Positions 55,705 to 63,812 of a stretch of DNA of 64,000 nt are shown here, one piece after another. Under the pieces are notes generated by a model that did not search any database, was not told the DNA's origin, and was given only the letters and a program-made list of their open reading frames with translations. Position 1 is the first letter of the stretch; every line of letters begins with the position of its first letter. Where the stretch lies: the NCBI GenBank assembly GCA_018694835.1, contig JABHOG010000015.1:108192-172191 (forward strand), written 5' to 3'. The DNA comes from Planctomycetota bacterium. GTDB taxonomy: Bacteria; Planctomycetota; UBA8108; UBA1146. The position numbers were made by a program, and so were the translations under genes.

Positions 55705-58209
55705 TCAGTTAAACCTTTTGGACTCTTCGTCACGGATCACCGTGATTTTCGAACTGATGAGTACGAACAGGTTGGACTGCATCCGCGCCTGACCCTTTCG
55801 ACCCAACAGGAAATCGAGGAAGGGCAATCTCGAAATACTCGGGATCCCGACCTGTGCATCCTGCGTCACGGTTCGTTTGAGGCCACCGACCAGCACGGTT
55901 CCACCGTCCGGAATCGTCACGGTGGTCTTGATATTGGTGACCGACAACACCGGGAACTCGACCCTCAGATTGGTCAGCCCCAGGGTCAACACCTTGAAAC
56001 GAGATGGCAATTGCACCGCTAGCGTCGGCTCGATCTCCAGGATGACGTACTTCCGGTCATGACTGACGGTAGGACGAACCTGCAGGATGGAACCCGCATT
56101 GAGGATCCCGATGACGGGATTGATCACCGGAACCACTCCGGTCTGATTCACTTCTGCGTCCTCGATGTAGGCACTCTGGTCCACCACGAGAGAGTGGGAG
56201 ATCTGGGTATTGAATGCCGTCACCCGTGGCGCATTGAGCCGCCTGAACTGCTGCGACTTCTGGTTCGCCTCGAGGATGGCCTCGAGTGCGTAGGAATCGA
56301 GTACGTTGTACTGCAGGGCAAATCCACCACGATTACTGATCTCGAAGGGCGAGACGGAAGAACCCAGTGGAAGCGAAAATGCATTGTAAGCCGCGGCTCG
56401 CACATCGATCTCACCCTGTGCGTCGACGATTTCGAAACCGGAAGCGATTTGCGCACCCGCACCATCGGTGTCACTGATCGGGTTGGGCAGGTTGGAGTTG
56501 AAGGGGTTTCCGTAATCGACCCCAATCGATTCCAGGAAGTTGTCCTGGAGGTCGATGAAGCGGGCTTCCACGGTCACCATCACTCCGGTGGACTTACGCA
56601 ACGCGTCCAGCAGTTGGATCAACTTGCGATGGTTTTCCAGCGTCGTACGAGCGACCAGTTTTCCATTCTGATACTTGACGCTCTCCCCGTCCGGCTCACC
56701 CTCGTCGCCGAACAGTGCGGTGATCACCAGTTCGACCAGCAAGTCGCTGTCGAGAGTAGTTTCCTGGGTGTCTTCTTCTCCGCCGAGATCAAACAGCCCT
56801 CCTCCGCCTCCAGCATCTCCATCCTGGCTCGACTGAAGTGCCAGTTTTGGTGCTCTGAAATCGGGGTGGTCCTTGGTGATGTCGGAGACCTCATAGAATT
56901 CGAGGAACAGATCATTTCGCACCGAATCGGATGGACCGATGAGAACTGCTCCTGAACGGATGACGTAGGAGAAAGGCGGATCGTTCCCTGTAAGAACCAG
57001 CTTGAGAACGTTCTCCAGGGGAAGGTCCGTGACCTCGGCCAGGCGGACGAGACCGTCGCCACCTTCAATCGCATCGCGCGCTTCCTTGGTCAAAACGAAG
57101 TTAATTCCAGAGAGGTCAGATAGGAACTCCATCACCTGGCCAAACGGCTCATCCGGGAACTCAACGCTGGCGACCCGGACTCGCAACTTGCTCCGGATGC
57201 TTTTTTCCTGTGGGCTCTCGGTCGCTTGCAGTCTCGTTTCGAGCGACTGCTCCCGGCGCAGAATCCGGCTCCAGTCTTCTCGTGATGGGAAGTTAAAGAT
57301 CTCGGTGTAAGGGATCTCGGACTCGAGTTGAGAGATAAAGGTTCGGTCCCATTCCAACGATGTTTGCATTCCCGTATCGAGAACCTCGTACATGTGGCGC
57401 AAGTCCGCAGCTTCCCTGCGCAACGCTCGTACGTCTTGACGAGAAGGATCGAGATTCAGAACGGTATCGCAAAGATCGATCACCCCTTCGTAATCTCGTT
57501 CCGAAAAGAGTCGTCGAGCTTGACGCAGGACTTCTTCGATTCGATTCTGGATGAAAGACACGGAACGAGCCATCTCCGACTCCGCTTGGGAGAGGATCCG
57601 TATTTCTTGTTCGCGTCGAGCCGAAGCGACCGATTGCTGACGCAATTCCGTGGCTTCCTGTTTCGATTGCTTGGCTCGGTTTTGCAGATCACTGAGGTCG
57701 AAATCGAAGGGGAACCAGCGGATCCTCTCCAATACCTGATCAAAGATGTTGATCGCCTTATCAAAGTTGTCATCGTCCATCGCTCGGCGACCGTTGAGAT
57801 AAAGGCGGTCGAGTTCGAAAACGTCCTGCTGAAGGCGGACATTCTTCTCCTCCACCAATCGACGGCGCAGATCCTGGATATCACCACTACGATCGCCAAG
57901 GATCAGTAGCACTGTTTCCAGTTTTTGACGAGCATCTGCATTGCCCGGATCGAGGCGCACTGCTTCTTGCAACTTCTCCTCAGCCTCGACATACCGGAGT
58001 TCGTTCATCAACTTCTGAGCCGCCCCACTGGCGGACTGAGAAGCCTTCACGCGCTCCTGGCCATCGAGGGAGATATCGCGGATCAGTTCATCCACCTCGC
58101 CAGCCTGGAAGGCGTGGACGGGACTCGCCGTTTGGCAAACGAGCAGCAAAAGGTACGCGAAGAGCAGCACACTGATTCGCGCAAAGGATGCTCGTAAGAT
58201 ATTCGTCAT
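55705..58209 (-). CDS. Secretin A (GspD/PilQ superfamily) with helical TPR-like N-terminal region
   Basis: Signal peptide ...LLLLVCQTASPVHA. N0-like ...VEFPDEPFGQVMEFLSDLSGINFVL.... Secretin core ...VTIPDGGTVLVGGLKRTVTQDAQVGIPSISRLPFLDFLLGRK...NLFVLISSKI.... Confidence 0.85.
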   Translation of the reverse strand: MTNILRASFARISVLLFAYLLLLVCQTASPVHAFQAGEVDELIRDISLDGQERVKASQSASGAAQKLMNELRYVEAEEKLQEAVRLDPGNADARQKLETVLLILGDRSGDIQDLRRRLVEEKNVRLQQDVFELDRLYLNGRRAMDDDNFDKAINIFDQVLERIRWFPFDFDLSDLQNRAKQSKQEATELRQQSVASARREQEIRILSQAESEMARSVSFIQNRIEEVLRQARRLFSERDYEGVIDLCDTVLNLDPSRQDVRALRREAADLRHMYEVLDTGMQTSLEWDRTFISQLESEIPYTEIFNFPSREDWSRILRREQSLETRLQATESPQEKSIRSKLRVRVASVEFPDEPFGQVMEFLSDLSGINFVLTKEARDAIEGGDGLVRLAEVTDLPLENVLKLVLTGNDPPFSYVIRSGAVLIGPSDSVRNDLFLEFYEVSDITKDHPDFRAPKLALQSSQDGDAGGGGGLFDLGGEEDTQETTLDSDLLVELVITALFGDEGEPDGESVKYQNGKLVARTTLENHRKLIQLLDALRKSTGVMVTVEARFIDLQDNFLESIGVDYGNPFNSNLPNPISDTDGAGAQIASGFEIVDAQGEIDVRAAAYNAFSLPLGSSVSPFEISNRGGFALQYNVLDSYALEAILEANQKSQQFRRLNAPRVTAFNTQISHSLVVDQSAYIEDAEVNQTGVVPVINPVIGILNAGSILQVRPTVSHDRKYVILEIEPTLAVQLPSRFKVLTLGLTNLRVEFPVLSVTNIKTTVTIPDGGTVLVGGLKRTVTQDAQVGIPSISRLPFLDFLLGRKGQARMQSNLFVLISSKITVIRDEESKRFN

Positions 58210-58520
58210 CGATCTCTCCTTGCTTCACACGGTCAATTTTCGGTCCCCGGATCGAAGGAGCCCCACAGGGGAGTTCCCGTTTCGCCGAGGTGCATCCAGA
58301 GACCGGCGGTTCCGATCTCGTAATTTCTCTCTGATCTCTTTCTGATCAGGGTCTCCGAAGAGGATTCTTCAGATCTCCTGTCAGCCACCCGAGATCGCAT
58401 CCGACGATCCCGGTCACAGTCAAAGTCGCTCGCTGTCAAATTCGCTATCGCTACGAAACTTTAAACATGTAATCTTCTCACCGAACATGCCGCTGCGCGT
58501 GTCCATGATCGGCTCTTTGA

Positions 58521-59627
58521 TCAATCGTCACCACCGCCGAAGAGACCGCCACCGCCACTGGGTCGTGGACGTGCGGGTTTGGCCGGTGGGGCTTCGACGG
58601 AATCGTCCTCTATAGCATCTGCTGAGGTTTCATCACCCATCGGTTCGTCCGCTGGATCCGCATCGGTATTGACCCAATCACTGGGATCGAGCCGCTGCGG
58701 GTCACCATTGTTCTTGAGATACATCCGCTTCCCCGCAGAGTTCTTGAGAACGACGGTTCGCCCATCTGCGGTGTCCTGGATTCGCTCGAGGCGATATCCC
58801 GTGCCAAACAGTTCAGCACCAGCCGTTCCCTGTGGACTCTCGGTGATGATTTTGGTATTTCGCTTGGTTTCGCCAGAGGCCCAGTCCCAAACGGTATTTT
58901 GAACCGTCACACGCCCTGGGACAAAGTTTCCTCCACCATCCAATTTTCCGATCTGAGCACCACTGACGCGCCAGATCGCATTGGCCGGATAAAGGACAGA
59001 AGCGCTGGGTCCTGAAGTGACCACGTCGGTTCCACTGGCGAAGGGAACAGAACTGGTCGAGCGAGCTCGCATGGTGATGCGATAACTATAGGACTTGCCC
59101 GTCTCCAATCCCGAGTCGAACTCCGCAACAAAGTCTGCGCCGGTCTGGACCGAGGAAAAGGTCGAGACCTTGGACCACTCCGATCCCCCCTCGCTCATCT
59201 CTAGATTGCAAGAAACCACGTCGGCTCGCTCAAAGATGCCATGACGTCCGCTGACCCTGTGCAAGGTCGACTTGCTACTTCCTTCACGAATCACTTCCAC
59301 CTTGGCAATCCAGCCTGGAGCCAGTTCTGGTGGAAGGATCACAGCAGTTCGGAACAGTTCCAATCGAGCAGGACGGCGATAGAAGACCCACTCCGGAATC
59401 TTCGTTTCCCCCTGGAAGGAGAAGGCCTTCTTGACCTCATTTTCGACTTCAGGAGCAGCCTGATTTCCGACCGATTGTTGCGCCTGAGTGCTTTGGATCT
59501 TCCCTGTGGCATTGGTGATCGCATCGGAGATTTCGGCCCCCTGATCGCCAATGAATGCCGAAGAAGCGAATCCAACCAGCAGTAAAACCACCGCAGCACC
59601 GATGGCAATCTTGTCGATGTTTTGCAC
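58521..59627 (-). CDS. Bitopic hypothetical protein in the PilP position
   Basis: GTG start. N-terminal TM IAIGAAVVLLLVGFASSAF, beta-rich periplasmic part and an acidic/Gly tail. Assigned by position only. Confidence 0.55.
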   Translation of the reverse strand: MQNIDKIAIGAAVVLLLVGFASSAFIGDQGAEISDAITNATGKIQSTQAQQSVGNQAAPEVENEVKKAFSFQGETKIPEWVFYRRPARLELFRTAVILPPELAPGWIAKVEVIREGSSKSTLHRVSGRHGIFERADVVSCNLEMSEGGSEWSKVSTFSSVQTGADFVAEFDSGLETGKSYSYRITMRARSTSSVPFASGTDVVTSGPSASVLYPANAIWRVSGAQIGKLDGGGNFVPGRVTVQNTVWDWASGETKRNTKIITESPQGTAGAELFGTGYRLERIQDTADGRTVVLKNSAGKRMYLKNNGDPQRLDPSDWVNTDADPADEPMGDETSADAIEDDSVEAPPAKPARPRPSGGGGLFGGGDD

Positions 59628-59641
59628 TTATTGCCTCGTTC

Positions 59642-60466
59642 CTACTGACTGCCCGCGGCAACAACGCCGGCGGGCACATTCATTTCAAGGAGTACCCAGA
59701 CGACAGGTTCAGAAGCGAGCCCATCGGCTCCTTCTTCCACTTCCTCCACCACCTCGTAAATCAGTCCCTCTCTGGTCTTCGCCAGAGAGAACTTTTGGAT
59801 TTCGAAGTCGACATAAGTATGGCGCAGCAATCCGTCGATTAATCCACCGACGCTTGCCGGCGGCAACTTGGCCAGGAAGGAGATAGGGATCCCGCCCTCG
59901 CTCTTCTCCTTGGAACTGGACTTTTTGCGTTGCTGATTGATCTTCAGCCCATCGTCAGCGATGGACGCTCCCCGGATGGCGAGGACCCGATCGACAAGGT
60001 CCTTCTGAATCCGCCACACTCGCTCGTAACTCTGCAGTTGGTCGGGGTCGGCGAGGTTGTCCTGAATCTTGAACGGGAAATCCTTGGTCTCCCCCGCATA
60101 TCCAGTGTGATGGACATAACGACTCACCAGCAAACCAAAACTGTCACGGTATCGAGTGGACCAGGAACTCAAATCTCCGACCGCGCCCTCGGTGAAGAGG
60201 TTCGCTCGATTGATGTGAAACTGTTCCGCTTTGGCGATTTGTTTGTCCCAGTTGAGAAGGAAGTCTCTCTTTGCTTCTACCAGTTCCGAGGTGGGTAGAT
60301 CGTCCGGGCTCATCTTCGCGTACTTCTCGATATCCCTTTTGGAACTCTTCAACTTCTTGGTTACAGATTCGTACTCAGTCATCTTTGGCATCACGAACAG
60401 GGCAAAAAGTATCACCCAGCCGACCAAGATGACCCCGAGTAGTGACCAGAAAACCTTGTCGTTCAT
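59642..60466 (-). CDS. Bitopic coiled-coil protein in the PilO position
   Basis: N-terminal TM FWSLLGVILVGWVILFALFV, then a predicted coiled coil and an alpha/beta domain. Topology and position resemble PilO. No motif-level proof. Confidence 0.55.
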   Translation of the reverse strand: MNDKVFWSLLGVILVGWVILFALFVMPKMTEYESVTKKLKSSKRDIEKYAKMSPDDLPTSELVEAKRDFLLNWDKQIAKAEQFHINRANLFTEGAVGDLSSWSTRYRDSFGLLVSRYVHHTGYAGETKDFPFKIQDNLADPDQLQSYERVWRIQKDLVDRVLAIRGASIADDGLKINQQRKKSSSKEKSEGGIPISFLAKLPPASVGGLIDGLLRHTYVDFEIQKFSLAKTREGLIYEVVEEVEEGADGLASEPVVWVLLEMNVPAGVVAAGSQ

Positions 60467-60475
60467 CTTGCCCCC

Positions 60476-62359
60476 CTATTCATTCTCAGTTTCGGAATCG
60501 ATGTCGATCCCTGGAAGGGGTGGATGAATCCAACGGATTTTCCACGGATAGAGGTTGGTACCATGATTGAGTGTCGCATCGGTCTTGGTTCCTCGTCCGC
60601 CTCCGACCTTGATCCCCTCGGACTTCAAGAACATCAGCATCGTTTCGGCAAGAACCGTTCTCTCGACTCTCGCGGTTCCAGCGTCCGCCTCACCAAAGAG
60701 TTCGGTCAATCGCTTCTCGATGGGAGCGACGATCAACTGATTCAACTTCTCGTCATTGGATGCGGCATTTCCCGCATCGTAGCGGAAGCCATGGACGACC
60801 ACCTCGTAACGGTCCTCAAAGACCCGAACACCGCTATCTTTACCTGAACTGGCTTTTTCGAGCACCACTCCATCCGCAGTGACCACGATCTTGCGGATAT
60901 CGAGTCCCGCCAGCCAGGTCTTCTGTCCATTGAGGATCTCCTGGTCCGCTTCGATATTGCGCAGAACACTATCCTTCTCAGGACCGTCTTCCGCCCTCTT
61001 CGACAGGACATTGGCACCCAGTTCGGCGGGAACCACCGATCCAACGATGCCGAGGATTTCGCGTGGCATCAGCCGTCCAGTTCCTCTCGCCAGCAAAACG
61101 CCCTGTTTGGTCAACATCTCCTTCGAGTCGTCGCCAGTCAGCTCGTCGAGCCGATCCTCATTCTTCTTCAGTTCCTTGACGATCCCCGCCTTGGAGAGAA
61201 CCGCCTCTGCATCTCGGATCTTTCCTCCGAAATTCAGACTGAAGAACAGGATCAAGATGTAAAGGCTCGCTGCTGCGACCAGCACTTTCTTCTTCTTCTT
61301 CTGGAACTCGACCGCTTCCCGCTTCTCCTGGGGGAGCAGGTTCAAGTCGACTTCCGCCAGACCAAGTCCCTGAAGAGCACCGCCGATGGCAGTGCAATAG
61401 GTTGCCGTCTCCTGCTGAATTCCAGAAGGTAGGGCATCGGTCCCGATTCTCACTCTTGCCAGGTTCTTGGTCAGTTGGACACGGATTCGAAGATTCTCTT
61501 CAAGAAACTTCCGCAGACCTACCAACTTTGAACTGCCGCCAAACAGGAACAGATCTTCGATCTTGATCTCTCCCACTCTGGACTTGAAGTAACCGATGGA
61601 ACGGTTGATCTCACTGACAAGATCACGCAGCAGAGGTTGAACCTCTTTGAAGATCTTTGCCGCATGCTCCGATTGAGCCGCAGTCACCTTGAGGTTCTCG
61701 GCCTCCTGTTCGGAGCACCCAAATTTATCCTGCAATGCTTGTGTGAAGTCTTTGCCGGCAATCGGTAAGGAACGGAACCAAAAACGGGAACCGTTGACGA
61801 TAATCAAGTCGGTGTGATCGGACCCGATCTCCAAAGCGACGATCGGTCGAGTCGGGCGCAGGTCGAAACGAATCAGGTTCAGCAGACCCACGTTACCCAG
61901 GGTCAGCACGTCCACTTCCAACTCGTCCTGGGAGTAATCGACCAGCAGATCAGAAATCTCTTCCGATCGAACTGCAAAGATTCCTACTTCTTTTTCACCA
62001 TCCTCGGTATCGCCACTGACATGGCTTCCCCAGATCACTTCATCGATCGGTAATGGGATGTTCTGTTGCGCCTCGTATCCGATCAACTCGTCCAGTTTCT
62101 TGCCCGCCACCGGCGGGATCGGAATGAAACTGGTCAATGCGGAGCGACTTGGCAACGTCACGACGAGCGCACCTGAAAGATCATACTGTGCAGCCAGCGC
62201 AGAAACCGCTGCAGCAGAGGAATCGACCTCGGAACCACCTGGATTATCGATCTTTGCGGCGGCGACAACTTCCGCACCATTTCCAGATCGCTGAAGTTTC
62301 ACCGCCTTGAGGGACGTGCGTCCCGCATCGATGCACCAAACTTCATCAAAGTCGGACAT
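60476..62359 (-). CDS. pilM: PilM-like actin-fold ATPase fused to a PilN-like TM/periplasmic region
   Basis: ...VWCIDAGRTSLKAVKL..., ...IVALEIGSDHTDLIIV..., ...LFLFGGSSKLVGLRKFLEENL... (ASKHA fold, PilM-like). Then KKKKKVLVAAASLYILILFFSLNFGG TM and a 260-aa periplasmic part. GAGAGAGG lies upstream of the ATG. Confidence 0.8.
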   Translation of the reverse strand: MSDFDEVWCIDAGRTSLKAVKLQRSGNGAEVVAAAKIDNPGGSEVDSSAAAVSALAAQYDLSGALVVTLPSRSALTSFIPIPPVAGKKLDELIGYEAQQNIPLPIDEVIWGSHVSGDTEDGEKEVGIFAVRSEEISDLLVDYSQDELEVDVLTLGNVGLLNLIRFDLRPTRPIVALEIGSDHTDLIIVNGSRFWFRSLPIAGKDFTQALQDKFGCSEQEAENLKVTAAQSEHAAKIFKEVQPLLRDLVSEINRSIGYFKSRVGEIKIEDLFLFGGSSKLVGLRKFLEENLRIRVQLTKNLARVRIGTDALPSGIQQETATYCTAIGGALQGLGLAEVDLNLLPQEKREAVEFQKKKKKVLVAAASLYILILFFSLNFGGKIRDAEAVLSKAGIVKELKKNEDRLDELTGDDSKEMLTKQGVLLARGTGRLMPREILGIVGSVVPAELGANVLSKRAEDGPEKDSVLRNIEADQEILNGQKTWLAGLDIRKIVVTADGVVLEKASSGKDSGVRVFEDRYEVVVHGFRYDAGNAASNDEKLNQLIVAPIEKRLTELFGEADAGTARVERTVLAETMLMFLKSEGIKVGGGRGTKTDATLNHGTNLYPWKIRWIHPPLPGIDIDSETENE

Positions 62360-63056
62360 GAATACCTCTCTCTAACGATGGGCAAACACCGTTACGCCTT
62401 CACAGCATGCAATCACGGTCAAACAAACAATGCCCCGCAGTGATCTGCCGATCCAAAAGGAGCGTCAGATCACAGGGCTGCAACTCTGCGCACATCCAAA
62501 GTTCTGGTCACGCCAGGAACTAATTGCGCATAGTTTCCGTTCCCCCGTAGGGATCACAGAGTTAGAGGAACCCAACAGTCGCTGCTCCATCTGCAAGATC
62601 GATTCGCTTCACTACTGACCGCTTTGAAATCAGTTACCCATCGCTCGGATCTTGTAGAACCGTCGACACGCTTCGCCAGAAAGGACCGATATCGATCCAC
62701 TCCGGACGATCCAATTTCAGCGCAGTCATCGAACGAATAACTCGCCACGATGTCCACAACCCCTGTCGGACGGAGGTTGCCCTCCGCATCGCTCCGTGCC
62801 TGTAGGGTTCCGTTCCCGATGCCAGCATGAGCCTTGTTCGAAGGCCTACTGGAGGGTTCGGTCCCGAGTCACGGGGCGCATTCCTTCCCTGATCACGGCT
62901 CACGTCTGAACTCCACTGCCGCATCAATTCTGGGCCGATGGCCACGGCAGCGGGAGATCGAAACGGTCCCCGGGAAAACGGAGTATAGATCCCTGAGGGA
63001 GTGAGTCAACTTGCCTCAGGATATGGAGTTGACCCCTCAGAGTGACGGTCGAAGTT

Positions 63057-63812
63057 TCAAGCGCGGGGACCAGGTGGGGTCAAGCCCAGAGCCTCGATGA
63101 CTCGCTGTAGATCGTGCCAGCACTCGGCCTTGAACTGCGGCTGACCCAGCAGAAAAGCAGGGTGGTAGGTGGCCACCACGGGAATTCCCCGCCAGATATG
63201 GCCCTGACCCCTCATATTCGCCAGAGAAGTCTCCTGCCCGGTGAACCAGCAGGCAGCGGTACGCCCGAGAGCCACGATCATGGTCGGTTTCAGCTGGTCG
63301 ATCTGCGCCTCCAGATAGCCCTGACACGCAGCCACTTCCTCAGGTTGGGGCTGGCGATTTTCGGGCGGACGGCACTTCAATACATTGGTAATGTAAACCC
63401 GGTCACGAGAGAGTCCCAGCGCCGCGATCATCCGATCGAGCAGTTGCCCGGCCGGACCGACGAAGGGCTCCCCACACCGATCTTCTTCTTCAGCCGGGGC
63501 ATCGCCCACCAGCAGTAGATCTGCCGAAGGGTCTCCGACTCCGAATGCGGTCATATTTCGAGTTTCGCACAGGTCACAATCTCGACACTCTGCGACCGTT
63601 GCCGCCTGTTGCTCCAGCGAACCCTTCGAAGTGGCAGCGGCCTGCACACTGCTGGAATCGACCCCGCTGGAATCGACCCCGCTGAACTGCGGAGCAGTGC
63701 GAACCCGTTGAATCCCCCATCCGAGCAATCCTCGTAAATGGGGCTCAATACCCAGATGTAGCGGTTTCCCTCTCTGATCGCTGGATTCGGTGGCTGGATC
63801 TTCAAGATTCAA
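63057..63812 (-). CDS. Uracil-DNA glycosylase, family 4 (4Fe-4S type)
   Basis: ...CRDCDLCETRNMTAFGVGDPSADLLLVGDAPAEEEDRCGEPFVGPAGQLLDRMI...VYITNVLKCRPPENRQP.... An N-terminal extension of about 80 aa precedes the core. Start uncertain (TTG in the track). Confidence 0.85.
   Translation of the reverse strand: MNLEDPATESSDQRGKPLHLGIEPHLRGLLGWGIQRVRTAPQFSGVDSSGVDSSSVQAAATSKGSLEQQAATVAECRDCDLCETRNMTAFGVGDPSADLLLVGDAPAEEEDRCGEPFVGPAGQLLDRMIAALGLSRDRVYITNVLKCRPPENRQPQPEEVAACQGYLEAQIDQLKPTMIVALGRTAACWFTGQETSLANMRGQGHIWRGIPVVATYHPAFLLGQPQFKAECWHDLQRVIEALGLTPPGPRA
63651..63680 (-). repeat. Perfect 15-nt tandem duplication in the UDG N-terminal extension
   Basis: gctggaatcgacccc occurs twice, encoding SGVDS-SGVDS. 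Confidence 0.95.

Noticed and set aside
58233-58439. 68-aa ORF in the gap between the PilP-position gene and secretin A
   Set aside because: It is Arg/Ser/Glu/Asp-rich with no hydrophobic core or signal. No RBS was seen. It more likely sits in a regulatory spacer.
62430-62945. Three mutually overlapping ORFs (62, 67 and 103 aa) in the pilM upstream region, tested as possible small proteins
   Set aside because: They have no SD-like sequence in front, they overlap each other, and their composition is low-complexity Arg/Ser/Pro. I treat the region as non-coding (see finding).
62360-63056. Checked whether the 700-nt gap hides tmRNA, RNase P RNA or SRP RNA
   Set aside because: I could not find the conserved strings on either strand: the tRNA-like ...TCCACCA 3' end and GGGG...TTCGAC 5' end of tmRNA, GAGGAAAGTCCGGGC and ACAGAA..ACCGCC of RNase P, or GGTCCGGAAGGAAGCAGC of SRP RNA. 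A covariance-model scan would be needed for certainty.
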